The position numbers and the translations under genes were made by a program. Positions 37,557 through 48,192 of a stretch of 64,000 nucleotides of DNA are shown in pieces (the first letter of the stretch is position 1; every line of letters starts with the position of its first letter). The stretch spans positions 261,641 to 325,640 of the forward strand of contig CAVVXI010000004.1 in assembly GCA_963752195.1 (NCBI GenBank), given 5' to 3'. This stretch comes from an uncultured Bacteroidales bacterium. GTDB taxonomy: Bacteria; Bacteroidota; Bacteroidia; Bacteroidales; UBA10428. The notes under the pieces are model-generated. The model had not been told where the DNA came from. It made no database searches and saw only the letters and a program-made list of their open reading frames with translations.

Positions 37557-37558
37557 AA

Positions 37559-39298
37559 TTAGAGTTTCAAATCCGCAATTATATCATTAATTCGCTGATC
37601 CAGCAGAGCATTTGTCTTATCATAATCAGCGGCGGATTTTAAACTGTCCTTCACGCCAAAATAGAATTTAATTTTCGGTTCGGTGCCCGAAGGCCTGATT
37701 GAAATTTTACTCCCGTCGGCAGTAAAAAACTGTAAAACATCCGCTTTGGGTATTTTAATTCCCCCGTTTTTCCGGTTTGCTTTTTCAATGCACTCGTTAT
37801 CCAGGTAGTCCATTATTTCGGTCAGGGGTGAACCGTTGATCTTTGAAGGCGGACTTTTCCGGAAATCCACCATCATGCGATGGATTTCTTCCTGGCCTGA
37901 TTTGCCTTTCTTTTCAATGGAAATCAGTTTTTCTTTATACAGGCCGTATACCCTGTAAATTTCAAGCAACTGATCGTACATGGTCTTTCCTTTATCTTTC
38001 GCATAAGCACATGCTTCGGCAATAAGCGCGCATGACATTACGGCGTCCTTGTCACGAACAAACTCCCCTGCCAGGTAACCATAGCTTTCTTCACCCCCGC
38101 CGATGAAGGTCTGTTTGCCTTCAAACGTTTTGATCACATCCGCAATATATTTGAAACCGGTGAGTACGTCATAGCAGGTTACGGAGAATTTGGCGGCCAT
38201 GGCGGCCAGCAATTCCGTAGTGACGATTGTTTTAACTATATACTCAATGCCTTTTAATTTACCGTTTTCCGACCATTTAGTCAGAAGATAGTGAATGAGA
38301 AGGCTGGCTGTCTGATTCCCATTCAATACGATATATTCGCCCTGGTTATTCCGGACTACTATACCCACCCTGTCAGCATCAGGATCTGTGGCCATAACCA
38401 GGTCGGCGTTCGTATCCTTTGCCTTCTGAATTGCCATGGCCAGGGCTGAACTTTCTTCCGGGTTGGGTGATTTGATGGTTGGAAAATTACCATCGGAAAC
38501 ATCCTGTTCAGGTACATTGAGAACATTGGTAAAACCAAACTTCTTCAGCACCATGGGAACAAGTTTCACACCTGATCCATGCAAAGGTGTATAAACGATT
38601 TTCATATCCTTTTGTCGCCTGATTATATCGTGTGCCAGCGACAATCCGGTGATCTGGTTTGTATAGATATCATCAATTTCTGCGCCAATCGATTCTATAT
38701 TTTCAGGTCGCGCCTTGAAATTCACTTTATCCGGCGAAACCTTCAGTACTTCCGTTATGATTAACTTATCATGGGGTGAAATGATTTGTCCTCCGTCATC
38801 CCAATAGGCTTTATATCCGTTATATTCTTTCGGATTATGGGAAGCCGTTATAACAATCCCGCTCTGGCATTTAAAATAGCGGATTGCAAAGGAAAGCTCG
38901 GGAGTTGGGCGGAGTGAATCAAAGAGATAGACCTTGAATCCATTTGCTGAAAATATATTGGCGGTGGTTTCGGCGAATAGCCTGCTGTTGTTGCGGGAAT
39001 CATGGGCAATCGCAACTTTGATCTGTGGCACGGTTTTGAATTCCTGCAAAAGATAATTGCTCAGGCCTTGGGTAGCCATTGCAACGGTGTATATATTCAT
39101 TCGGTTGGTTCCCACGCCCATAATTCCGCGCAATCCCCCGGTGCCAAATTCAAGGTCACGGTAGAAGCATTCGATTAATTCGGCTTCATTTCCGTCCATC
39201 AATTCCTTTACTTTTTTTCTGGTCGCGGCATCAAAAGGCTCATTGAGCCATTTACTGGCGCGATTTTTAACTTGGGTAAGCAGATCCTGGTTTTCCAT
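37559..39298 (-). CDS. Phosphoglucomutase/phosphomannomutase family phospho-sugar mutase
   Basis: 579 aa. Active-site loop TASHNPKEYNGYK, Mg loop ATDPDADR, GGEESYG. Confidence 0.9.
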   Translation of the reverse strand: MENQDLLTQVKNRASKWLNEPFDAATRKKVKELMDGNEAELIECFYRDLEFGTGGLRGIMGVGTNRMNIYTVAMATQGLSNYLLQEFKTVPQIKVAIAHDSRNNSRLFAETTANIFSANGFKVYLFDSLRPTPELSFAIRYFKCQSGIVITASHNPKEYNGYKAYWDDGGQIISPHDKLIITEVLKVSPDKVNFKARPENIESIGAEIDDIYTNQITGLSLAHDIIRRQKDMKIVYTPLHGSGVKLVPMVLKKFGFTNVLNVPEQDVSDGNFPTIKSPNPEESSALAMAIQKAKDTNADLVMATDPDADRVGIVVRNNQGEYIVLNGNQTASLLIHYLLTKWSENGKLKGIEYIVKTIVTTELLAAMAAKFSVTCYDVLTGFKYIADVIKTFEGKQTFIGGGEESYGYLAGEFVRDKDAVMSCALIAEACAYAKDKGKTMYDQLLEIYRVYGLYKEKLISIEKKGKSGQEEIHRMMVDFRKSPPSKINGSPLTEIMDYLDNECIEKANRKNGGIKIPKADVLQFFTADGSKISIRPSGTEPKIKFYFGVKDSLKSAADYDKTNALLDQRINDIIADLKL

Positions 39299-39321
39299 CG
39301 ATAGGATTTGTTAAGATATTA

Positions 39322-40197
39322 TCAAATTTCTTTATTTTTTTTCAAATTTGCGAAGGCTTTTGACAAACTATCTTTCCAGTAAGGTATTTGTATCCCAAAG
39401 GTACGCTTGATCTTCGCTTTATCCAATACGCTGTATTCGGGTCGTTTAGCAGGCAAAGGGTATTCCCGGGTCCGGATCGGTTTAACTTCACAGTTTCTGC
39501 CACCCAGGGTCATAATTTCCCTTGCAAAGTCATACCAGCTGCAAACCCCTTCATTGGAATAATTGTAAATACCCGGGATAAATTCTTTTATCTCAGAAAA
39601 GGAGATAATTTCCATTAATGTTCTGGCCAGGTCCCCTGTAAAGGTTGGCGTGCCTGTCTGATCAAATACCACTCCCAGCTCGTTTCTTTCCATACCCAGT
39701 TTGAGCATGCTCTTCAGAAAATTATTCCCATACTCACCGTATAACCACGATGTACGGATAATAATGGCCCTGGAATTATCCGAAAAGGGCTTCTCGCCTG
39801 CGAATTTACTTTGCCCATAAACGGAAGCCGGGGCCGGTATTTCATTTTCTGTATGGGGAATAGAAAGAGATCCGTCATAAACATAGTCTGTCGAAATATG
39901 AATCAGCCGGGTGTTGTACAGATCAGATATACCTGCCAGAAGTTGCGGTATACCTGCGTTAACAGCAAATGCAGCGTCCTTTTCACTTTCTGCCTTATCA
40001 ACAGCCGTGTACGCGGCACAATTGATGATGTAATTGAAATGACGCTCTCGGAAATATTCGTTTACAGCTTCCCTGTCTGTCAGATCAAGTTCCTCATAAT
40101 CGATAAAAACAAGGTTATACTCGGGAAAGGACGGCATCATATTTCGAAGGCTGCTGCCGAGTTGTCCCTTACCCCCTGTGACCAGGATGTTTTTCAT
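39322..40197 (-). CDS. rfbD: dTDP-4-dehydrorhamnose reductase
   Basis: 291 aa. GGKGQLG Rossmann motif and YGQSK catalytic motif. Sits in an rfbA-rfbC-rfbD cluster. Confidence 0.9.
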   Translation of the reverse strand: MKNILVTGGKGQLGSSLRNMMPSFPEYNLVFIDYEELDLTDREAVNEYFRERHFNYIINCAAYTAVDKAESEKDAAFAVNAGIPQLLAGISDLYNTRLIHISTDYVYDGSLSIPHTENEIPAPASVYGQSKFAGEKPFSDNSRAIIIRTSWLYGEYGNNFLKSMLKLGMERNELGVVFDQTGTPTFTGDLARTLMEIISFSEIKEFIPGIYNYSNEGVCSWYDFAREIMTLGGRNCEVKPIRTREYPLPAKRPEYSVLDKAKIKRTFGIQIPYWKDSLSKAFANLKKNKEI

Positions 40198-40202
40198 ACC
40201 TG

Positions 40203-40757
40203 TCAGAGAATAAAATTATATTCTGAATCCTCAAAACCAGGAAGCTGTGCGTCCTTTTCAGAAACCAGCCTGGCGGATGGATCCGTTTTCCAATCAATGT
40301 TCAGCAGGGGATCATTGCAAACTATCCCTCTTTCAGATTCCTTATTGTAGTAGCTGTCGGTCTTATAATGTACAACCGCTCTGTTTGACAAAGTTGAAAA
40401 GCCATGGGCAAAACCTTGCGGGACGAGCAATTGATATTTGTTCTCATCGGATAGTTCAACCCCGAACCATTTTCCGAAAGTGGCAGATCCCTTACGGAGA
40501 TCGACGACGACGTCAAAAACAGTTCCTGCAATGACACGCACCAGCTTAGTCTGTGCGTGTGGTGCAAGCTGATAATGCAATCCACGGATTACTCCCCTTA
40601 TGGATTCGGATTGGTTATCCTGGATAAAAACGAATGGAATTCCCGCCAGCTTATAGGCCTCGTGATTATAGCTTTCATAAAAATATCCCCTGTCATCTTC
40701 GAATATACGCGGGACAATAATGATTAGTCCTTCGAATGGTGTTTTTTTTACTTCCAT
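40203..40757 (-). CDS. rfbC: dTDP-4-dehydrorhamnose 3,5-epimerase
   Basis: ~184 aa. FEDDRGYFYES, RGLHYQ, PQGFAHGF. The track start 40760 is TTG; the ATG at 40757 overlaps the rfbA stop by 1 nt (TGATG). Confidence 0.92.
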   Translation of the reverse strand: MEVKKTPFEGLIIIVPRIFEDDRGYFYESYNHEAYKLAGIPFVFIQDNQSESIRGVIRGLHYQLAPHAQTKLVRVIAGTVFDVVVDLRKGSATFGKWFGVELSDENKYQLLVPQGFAHGFSTLSNRAVVHYKTDSYYNKESERGIVCNDPLLNIDWKTDPSARLVSEKDAQLPGFEDSEYNFIL

Positions 40758-41653
40758 CAATTATCTTCAACATCAAAATTAAAAATCTGTTCATCTACGA
40801 TTTTCAGGAGATACTTGCCATATTGATTTTTCAAAAATGGTTTCGCCAGGTCAACCAACTGATCACGGGTTATAAATCCCTGCTTGTATGCAATTTCTTC
40901 AATGCATGATATTTTCAGACCCTGTCTTTCCTCAATGGTCTGAATATATACAGATGCCTGGAGAAGTGATTCATGGGTGCCTGTATCAAGCCATGCCATT
41001 CCCCGTCCCATTATCTTTACATTTAATCGGTTTTCATGGAGATAGAGGCGATTGAGATCGGTTATCTCAAGTTCTCCCCTGGGTGAAGGTTTCAGCGATT
41101 TTGCCTTCTCAACTACGTCATTTCCATAAAAATAAAGGCCTGTTATTGCATAGAAGGATTTTGCCACTTTGGGCTTTTCTTCAATGCTGATCACTTTACC
41201 TGATTTGTCAAATTCGACTACCCCATATCTTTCAGGATCATTGACATAATACCCGAAAACCACGGCGCCATCCGTTATTTTAGCTGTTTCGGTAAGCACC
41301 CTGCCAAATCCGTGGCCATAAAATATATTATCACCCAGAATCATGCAAACGGGAGCATTCCCAATAAATTTTTCGCCAATGATGAAAGCCTGCGCGAGTC
41401 CATCGGGGGAGGGTTGTACCGCATAACTGATCTGAAGTCCCAATTGTGTTCCATTTCCCAGAAGATCCTCATACAGGTGAATATCCTTAGGGGTTGAGAT
41501 GATCAGAATCTCTCGGATGTTTGCAAGCATCAGCACAGCCAGAGGATAGTATATCATTGGCTTATCATAGATCGGAATGATTTGCTTTGAGATGCTTTTT
41601 GTAATTGGATAGAGACGAGTGCCGGAGCCCCCTGCCAGGATAATTCCTTTCAT
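40757..41653 (-). CDS. rfbA: Glucose-1-phosphate thymidylyltransferase
   Basis: 298 aa. [31 protein letters not shown]. Confidence 0.95.
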   Translation of the reverse strand: MKGIILAGGSGTRLYPITKSISKQIIPIYDKPMIYYPLAVLMLANIREILIISTPKDIHLYEDLLGNGTQLGLQISYAVQPSPDGLAQAFIIGEKFIGNAPVCMILGDNIFYGHGFGRVLTETAKITDGAVVFGYYVNDPERYGVVEFDKSGKVISIEEKPKVAKSFYAITGLYFYGNDVVEKAKSLKPSPRGELEITDLNRLYLHENRLNVKIMGRGMAWLDTGTHESLLQASVYIQTIEERQGLKISCIEEIAYKQGFITRDQLVDLAKPFLKNQYGKYLLKIVDEQIFNFDVEDN

Positions 41654-41662
41654 ATAGTAGAT

Positions 41663-42988
41663 TTAAGAGACTGTTTTTCTGCCTATGCCGAAATAAGTAA
41701 ATCCATTTTCAATTATATCCGTGGGTTCGTAAATGTTCCGGCCGTCAAAAATAACTTTTTCTTTCATTATGCGGGTAAGCAATTTAAAATTCGGGATCCG
41801 GAATTCCGGCCATTCGGTAACAAGAACAAGCGCATTTGCATCAATCATCACGTCATAAGGATCACGACCGAATTCGACCTTGTTTCCCAGAACTTTTCTG
41901 GTTTCTTCCATGGAAACCGGATCATAAGCCTTTACAATAGCCCCCGCCTCAAGTAATTTCTCAATGATCTTAAGGGAGGGAGCTTCGCGTATGTCGTCTG
42001 TATTGGGTTTAAATGACAATCCCCAGATGCCAAATACTTTGCCTTTCAGGTTTCCTCCAAAATGGTTTTCAATTTTAGTAAAAATGACTTCCTTCTGCCG
42101 AATGTTCACATGCTCTACCGCCTCAATCACCTCAAGCCTGTAACCTATGTCTGCCGCAGTTTTAATAAGCGCCTTCACATCCTTTGGGAAACAGGATCCT
42201 CCATAACCAATGCCCGCAAATATAAATTTATTACCGATCCGGGGATCGCTGCCGATTCCCTTTCTAACGGCATTTATATCGGCGCCCACAAGTTCACAAA
42301 GGTTAGCGAGGTCGTTCATGAAACTGATTTTGGTGGCCAGCATGCAATTGGCAGCATACTTCGTCATTTCCGCAGAAGGAATATCCATATATATTATCGG
42401 ATGTCCGTTGAGAAGAAACGGATGGTACAACCGGTTCATCATCTTTCGGGCCTGTTCCGATTCCACACCCAGGATGATCCGGTTTGGCTTGAGAAAATCT
42501 TCTACTGCAGCTCCTTCTTTTAGAAACTCCGGATTAGAGGCCACATCAAATTCAAAAGAAACACCCCGTTTATCGAGCTCACCCTGGATGGCTTCCTTCA
42601 CTTTGATTGACGTTCCAATGGGAACTGTACTTTTGGTAACAACAACCATGTAGGAATTCAGGTGCATCCCGATATCCCGGGCTGCCGACAGTACATGCCG
42701 GAGGTCAGCGCTTCCGTCCTCACCCGGAGGAGTTCCCACGGCAAGGAAAATGGCTTCAGCATCCTCAATATTGTCCTTCAGGCTAGTTGAAAATGTAAGA
42801 CGTTTTTTTTCGAGGTTTCTTCTAACCATTGGCTCCAGACCCGGTTCATAAATGGGAATTATTCCCTGGCGCAGTTTTTCAATTTTTTCCTTGTCGATAT
42901 CAACACAAACGACATCGATTCCCGTTTCAGCAAAACAGGTACCTGTTACAAGTCCAACATATCCGGTGCCAATAATGATTGTTTTCAT
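41663..42988 (-). CDS. ugd: UDP-glucose 6-dehydrogenase
   Basis: 441 aa. GTGYVGLVTG and catalytic GGSCFPKD. Confidence 0.92.
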   Translation of the reverse strand: MKTIIIGTGYVGLVTGTCFAETGIDVVCVDIDKEKIEKLRQGIIPIYEPGLEPMVRRNLEKKRLTFSTSLKDNIEDAEAIFLAVGTPPGEDGSADLRHVLSAARDIGMHLNSYMVVVTKSTVPIGTSIKVKEAIQGELDKRGVSFEFDVASNPEFLKEGAAVEDFLKPNRIILGVESEQARKMMNRLYHPFLLNGHPIIYMDIPSAEMTKYAANCMLATKISFMNDLANLCELVGADINAVRKGIGSDPRIGNKFIFAGIGYGGSCFPKDVKALIKTAADIGYRLEVIEAVEHVNIRQKEVIFTKIENHFGGNLKGKVFGIWGLSFKPNTDDIREAPSLKIIEKLLEAGAIVKAYDPVSMEETRKVLGNKVEFGRDPYDVMIDANALVLVTEWPEFRIPNFKLLTRIMKEKVIFDGRNIYEPTDIIENGFTYFGIGRKTVS

Positions 42989-43149
42989 ATTTATCGAATT
43001 GTTCGATAAAAATAGCGTTTCCTTATAATAATAGAAAGGAGTTTTGCAAAGATTCCATTAATTATTGAAAAGAGGCGATACGTGGGATGTGGTCAAATTC
43101 AGTTTTATTATTTTTTTGTATATCTTTAGTTTTTTAACGGGGAAAATGA

Positions 43150-43157
43150 TAGTTTTG
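43150..43157 (+). promoter_or_regulatory. Candidate -7 promoter box TAGTTTTG for rpsA
   Basis: TAnnTTTG match 56 nt upstream of the ATG. Confidence 0.35.
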
Positions 43158-43212
43158 CAGCTCGTTTTTAACAACATAATGTCTAACTTACTAAATTTTA
43201 ACTTTTAATTTA

Positions 43213-45255
43213 ATGGTTGAAAATAACAAAAACAATCTGGAGCAGTCTGACAGCCAGGCTGAAAATGCTGAAAACCAGATGCAACAGGAACCAGTCAACG
43301 TTGAGATGACCGAAACTGAAAATGCAAATACTTCGTCACAGCCGGTTCAGGAAACGGCAACCGAAGTGATTACGGAAAAAGAAGCCCCCGTGACGAAGGC
43401 AAACGAAAATCAGGCTGTTGATGTAAATATTGAATCAGATCCCTCATTCGACTGGAACAAGTACGAAGAAGGAGATTATCAGACAGAATTACAGAAAACA
43501 GACCTTGAAAAAATGTATGACGAAACCCTCAGTGCCATAAAGGTAAACGAGGTTGTGGAGGGTACCGTTATTTCCATGAACAAGCGCGAAGTTGTTGTTA
43601 ACATCGGGTATAAATCCGAAGGTGTGGTTAGTTTGAATGAATTCAGGTACAATCCTGAGCTTGCAAACGGCGACAAAGTTGAGGTTTATATCGAAAGCCA
43701 GGAAGATAAAAAAGGCCAGCTGGTTCTTTCCCACAAGAAAGCCAGGGCATTAAAATCCTGGGATCGGGTTAACGAATCGCTTGAAAAGAATGAAATTATC
43801 AAGGGATATATCAAGTGCCGCACCAAGGGTGGTATGATCGTAGATGTATTTGGCATCGAAGCTTTCCTCCCCGGCTCGCAGATTGACGTTAAACCTATCC
43901 GCGATTACGATATCTATGTGGGCAAAACCATGGAATTCAAGGTAGTGAAAATAAACCATGAATTCAAGAACGTGGTTGTTTCCCATAAGGCACTTATTGA
44001 AGCTGAACTTGAACAGCAAAAGAAGGAGATTATTGCAAAACTCGAAAAGGGCCAGATCCTCGAAGGTACTGTCAAGAATATTACTTCCTATGGCGTATTC
44101 ATTGATCTTGGCGGAGTAGATGGTTTAATTCACATCACCGACCTCTCCTGGGGCAGGATCAACCATCCCGAGGAAATAGTTCAGCTTGATCAGAAATTGC
44201 AGGTTGTAATCCTCGATTTTGATGATGAAAAGAAACGTATCGCTCTGGGTCTGAAGCAGCTTACCCCACATCCATGGGATTCACTCGACGCTAACATCAA
44301 TGTGGGAGACAAGGTGAAGGGCCGTGTTGTGGTTATGGCTGATTACGGCGCATTTATTGAAATAGCACCCGGCGTTGAAGGTCTGATCCATGTTTCAGAA
44401 ATGTCATGGTCACAGCATTTGCGCAGCGCCCAGGAATTCCTTAAAGTGGGTGACGAAGTGGAAGCCGTTATCCTTACGCTCGACCGTGATGAACGGAAGA
44501 TGTCACTGGGTATGAAACAACTCAAAACGGATCCTTGGGAAAAGATTGAAGAAAAGTACCCGATGGGAAGTAAACATACCGCAAAAGTTCGTAACTTTAC
44601 AAACTTCGGTGTTTTTGTTGAAATAGAAGAAGGTGTGGATGGTTTGATCCATATTTCTGATCTGTCCTGGACCAAAAAAATCAAGCACCCGGCCGAGTTC
44701 ACCAACATTGGTGAAAACATCGATGTAGTTGTTCTTGAAATTGATAAGGATAACCGGAGATTAAGTCTTGGTCATAAACAACTGGAGGAAAATCCCTGGG
44801 ATGTATTCGAAACAATTTTCACTGTTGATTCCATTCACGAAGGAACGATCATTGAGGTAACCGACAAAGGTGCAGTAGTTGCGCTTCCTTATGGTGTTGA
44901 AGGTTTTGTAACCCCGAAGCACCTTATCAAGGAAGACAACAGGCCGGCAAAACTGGATGAAAAACTGCCTTTCAAGGTCATTGAATTTTCAAAGGGTGCC
45001 AAGAAAATCATCGTCTCTCACAGCAGGGTTCATGAGGATGTGAAACGTGCTGCATCTGATGCAGAACGGAAAACTACTTCCGATACAACTCATAAAACTG
45101 CCAAAAAGATGAAAACCAGCATGGAAAAAACCACGTTGGGTGATATCACCGATCTGATGGCTATTAAGACTGAGATGGAAAAGAAGGAATCCAAGAAGAA
45201 AAAAGCAGAAAAAAAGCCGAAGGATGAGGATGAAAACCAGGTTGAAAATGAGTAA
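43213..45255 (+). CDS. rpsA: 30S ribosomal protein S1 (with acidic N-terminal and K/E-rich C-terminal extensions)
   Basis: 680 aa. Six S1 OB-fold repeats (e.g. GTVKNITSYGVFIDLGGVDGLIHITDLSW). Confidence 0.93.
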   Translation: MVENNKNNLEQSDSQAENAENQMQQEPVNVEMTETENANTSSQPVQETATEVITEKEAPVTKANENQAVDVNIESDPSFDWNKYEEGDYQTELQKTDLEKMYDETLSAIKVNEVVEGTVISMNKREVVVNIGYKSEGVVSLNEFRYNPELANGDKVEVYIESQEDKKGQLVLSHKKARALKSWDRVNESLEKNEIIKGYIKCRTKGGMIVDVFGIEAFLPGSQIDVKPIRDYDIYVGKTMEFKVVKINHEFKNVVVSHKALIEAELEQQKKEIIAKLEKGQILEGTVKNITSYGVFIDLGGVDGLIHITDLSWGRINHPEEIVQLDQKLQVVILDFDDEKKRIALGLKQLTPHPWDSLDANINVGDKVKGRVVVMADYGAFIEIAPGVEGLIHVSEMSWSQHLRSAQEFLKVGDEVEAVILTLDRDERKMSLGMKQLKTDPWEKIEEKYPMGSKHTAKVRNFTNFGVFVEIEEGVDGLIHISDLSWTKKIKHPAEFTNIGENIDVVVLEIDKDNRRLSLGHKQLEENPWDVFETIFTVDSIHEGTIIEVTDKGAVVALPYGVEGFVTPKHLIKEDNRPAKLDEKLPFKVIEFSKGAKKIIVSHSRVHEDVKRAASDAERKTTSDTTHKTAKKMKTSMEKTTLGDITDLMAIKTEMEKKESKKKKAEKKPKDEDENQVENE

Positions 45256-45282
45256 CATTCAATATATTTAAATTTTTTCATC

Positions 45283-45627
45283 ATGGAATTCAAGATCGAA
45301 AAGCTCAAAAATTATACTTTCATCCAGGTACTGGAAGAAAAACTTGATACTCACATTGCACCGACGTTGAAATCAGAACTCGTGCTTGTGTCAGGCAATG
45401 GTGAGAAAAACATCGTGCTTGACCTTAGCAAATGCCGGTACTGTGATTCTTCAGGGCTTAGTGCGATCCTTGTGGCCAACCGGCTATGTAAAAATGCCAA
45501 CGGAACTTTTGTGCTAACCGGTTTAAATGACGCCGTGGAAAGACTTATAACAATTTCCCAGCTCGATACGGTTTTGAACATTGCTGTTTCAGTGGATGAG
45601 GCCACTAAATTGTTTAATGAGGCGTAG
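45283..45627 (+). CDS. STAS domain protein (anti-sigma-factor antagonist-like)
   Basis: 114 aa. SpoIIAA-like with the conserved phosphorylatable-serine motif CDSSGLSAIL. Confidence 0.8.
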   Translation: MEFKIEKLKNYTFIQVLEEKLDTHIAPTLKSELVLVSGNGEKNIVLDLSKCRYCDSSGLSAILVANRLCKNANGTFVLTGLNDAVERLITISQLDTVLNIAVSVDEATKLFNEA

Positions 45628-45647
45628 AATTTATATATAGTGCGCAG

Positions 45648-46580
45648 ATGTCATTCTCGCTGACGGTATTGGGAAGCAGTTCGGCTATTCCCACAACCAA
45701 AAGATTCCCGACCGCTCAGGTACTTAACGTACATGAGCGGTTTTTTTTAATTGACTGCGGAGAAGGAACCCAGATCCAGCTCAGACGGTTTTCTGTAAAT
45801 ATGGCCAGGATAAACCATATTTTCATCAGCCATCTTCACGGGGATCACGTGTTCGGTTTGTATGGATTATTTTCAAGTTATAATCTTCTGGGCAGAAAAT
45901 CTGATTTGCATGTGTATGCATACCGCGATCTTGATATTACAATCGATCATTTTAAAAAGCAGTTTGGCGTAAACATGTCATATAACATTATTTTGCATCC
46001 ATTTACCGCTGATCAGCCTTACGAAATTTATAATGACCGCCGGATGACGGTCCACACACTGCCATTACGGCACAGTGTTCCCGTTGTTGGATTCATTTTC
46101 AGAGAAAAACAAAAGCTGCAGAACATCCGAAAAGAAAAAATTACCCAATATAACTTGGGAATCAGGGAAATACGGAGCATCAAGGAGGGAAATGATCTGG
46201 AAAGGCCGGATGGGACTTTTGTTCCAAATAATGAACTGACTTTCCCCCCCATAAAGCCCAGATCTTATGCCTTTTGTACGGATACTTCCTGTTTTCCATC
46301 CTTGGCGGAAAGTTTAAAAAATATTGACTTGCTGTATTTTGAGGCAACTTTCATGCATGAGGACAAGAAACTGGCTAAAATCACGAACCATTCAACCTCG
46401 GTTCAGGCCGCTACGCTGGCTAAAAAAGCCGGGGTGGGAAAACTGCTGATGGGACACTTTTCAAACCGGTACAGGAGCCTTGCACAGCTTTTATCAGAGG
46501 CCCGGGAAATATTTCCCATGAGTTTTGCCGCAGAGGATGGAGATAGTTATCCGATTCCTGAAGTACGTGAAACCTTATGA
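45648..46580 (+). CDS. rnz: Ribonuclease Z
   Basis: 310 aa. Metallo-beta-lactamase motif ISHLHGDHVFGL, LGSSSAIPT N-terminus, C-terminal GHFS. Confidence 0.88.
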   Translation: MSFSLTVLGSSSAIPTTKRFPTAQVLNVHERFFLIDCGEGTQIQLRRFSVNMARINHIFISHLHGDHVFGLYGLFSSYNLLGRKSDLHVYAYRDLDITIDHFKKQFGVNMSYNIILHPFTADQPYEIYNDRRMTVHTLPLRHSVPVVGFIFREKQKLQNIRKEKITQYNLGIREIRSIKEGNDLERPDGTFVPNNELTFPPIKPRSYAFCTDTSCFPSLAESLKNIDLLYFEATFMHEDKKLAKITNHSTSVQAATLAKKAGVGKLLMGHFSNRYRSLAQLLSEAREIFPMSFAAEDGDSYPIPEVRETL

Positions 46581-46600
46581 GACTGTAGCACTAAAAAACG

Positions 46601-46608
46601 TATATTTG
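46601..46608 (+). promoter_or_regulatory. Candidate -7 promoter box TATATTTG for guaA
   Basis: TAnnTTTG match 29 nt upstream of the GTG start. Confidence 0.3.
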
Positions 46609-46636
46609 CGCATTCATTAAGACTAATTTATCCTTT

Positions 46637-48166
46637 GTGGAAGAAAAGATCATCATCCTGGATTTCGGTTCCCAATACACGCAGCTCATTGCCCGCCGGG
46701 TCCGCGAATTGAATGTATATTGTGAAATATGGCCGTTTAATAAGGCGAACCTGCATGATCCCCCGGTAAAGGGAGTTATCCTCTCAGGAAGTCCGTTTTC
46801 CGTTCGCGATTCCAATGCACCCCTGCCGGATTTGAATGGCATAAAGGGCAAATTGCCGGTACTCGGAATATGCTATGGCGCTCAATATCTGTCGCATTTT
46901 TTCGGGGGTGAGGTAGCCCCCTCCAAATTCAGGGAGTACGGCCGGGCAAACCTTGAGATAACCGATCCTTCATGTATACTTTTACAGGGAATCTCCAACG
47001 GTACACAGGTTTGGATGTCACATGCCGATACCATTGTCAAAACCCCGGATGATTACCACATTGTGGGAAATACTAGCGATGTTAAAATCGGGGCTTTTGC
47101 TGTCAGAGGCGAGGAAACCTATGGCATTCAGTTTCATCCGGAAGTATATCATACCACGGAAGGATTGAAAATACTAAGAAATTTTGTTGTTGATATCTGC
47201 GGATGTAAACAAAACTGGACTCCGGAATCCTTTGTTGCAGAAACGATCGAAAACCTGAAAAATACCCTGCTGGATGACAAGGTAGTCCTGGGACTATCGG
47301 GAGGGGTTGATTCCTCCGTAGCGGCTGTTCTTCTTCACCGGGCCATCGGAAAGAACCTGACCTGTATTTTTGTGGATAACGGTTTATTGCGTAAGGATGA
47401 ATTTGAAAGTGTATTGTCATCATACCTTCATATGGGTTTGAATGTACATGGAATAAATGCACGTGATCTGTTTCTGGAAGACCTTAGGGGAATAAGCGAT
47501 CCCGAGAAAAAGCGCAAAAGCATCGGTAAAAATTTTATTGAAATATTTAATCGTGAAGCCCATAAGATCGAGGGTGTAAAATGGCTTGCGCAAGGCACCA
47601 TTTATCCTGATGTAATTGAGTCGGTCTCTGTTAATGGACCGTCTGCCACGATTAAATCACACCATAACGTGGGCGGACTGCCCGAGATAATGCATCTTAA
47701 AGTGGTCGAACCTCTTAAGCTGCTGTTTAAAGATGAAGTGCGGCGTGTTGGCAAAACCCTGCAAATAGATCCAAAAATATTGAACCGGCATCCTTTTCCC
47801 GGACCCGGACTTGCCATCCGGATTATCAGCGATATCACTCCTGAAAAAGTACGATTATTGCAGGATGTGGACGACATCTTTATACAGGGCTTACGTGAAT
47901 ATGGCTTGTATGATAAAGTTTGGCAGGCAGGGGCTATACTATTGCCTGTTCAGTCTGTAGGGGTTATGGGAGATGAACGAACCTATGAAAATGTTATTGC
48001 ATTGAGGGCGGTTTCATCAACCGATGGAATGACAGCTGATTGGTCTCAACTTCCATACGAATTTCTAAGTTATATCTCAAACCGGATCATTAACAGGGTA
48101 AAAGGTGTCAACAGGGTGGTTTATGATATCAGCTCAAAACCGCCTGCAACAATTGAATGGGAATAA
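46637..48166 (+). CDS. guaA: GMP synthase (glutamine-hydrolysing)
   Basis: 509 aa. [33 protein letters not shown]-terminal [12 protein letters not shown] start. Confidence 0.96.
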   Translation: MEEKIIILDFGSQYTQLIARRVRELNVYCEIWPFNKANLHDPPVKGVILSGSPFSVRDSNAPLPDLNGIKGKLPVLGICYGAQYLSHFFGGEVAPSKFREYGRANLEITDPSCILLQGISNGTQVWMSHADTIVKTPDDYHIVGNTSDVKIGAFAVRGEETYGIQFHPEVYHTTEGLKILRNFVVDICGCKQNWTPESFVAETIENLKNTLLDDKVVLGLSGGVDSSVAAVLLHRAIGKNLTCIFVDNGLLRKDEFESVLSSYLHMGLNVHGINARDLFLEDLRGISDPEKKRKSIGKNFIEIFNREAHKIEGVKWLAQGTIYPDVIESVSVNGPSATIKSHHNVGGLPEIMHLKVVEPLKLLFKDEVRRVGKTLQIDPKILNRHPFPGPGLAIRIISDITPEKVRLLQDVDDIFIQGLREYGLYDKVWQAGAILLPVQSVGVMGDERTYENVIALRAVSSTDGMTADWSQLPYEFLSYISNRIINRVKGVNRVVYDISSKPPATIEWE

Positions 48167-48192
48167 ATTTCGGGTTAACGAAGGTTAGAAAT

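Noticed and set aside
37075-37590. 171-aa ORF with repeating PRPSSLV sequence.
   Set aside because: It is simply the translation of the heptad microsatellite (7 nt x 3 gives a 7-aa periodicity). It overlaps the yjbQ start on the opposite strand and has no independent coding signal.
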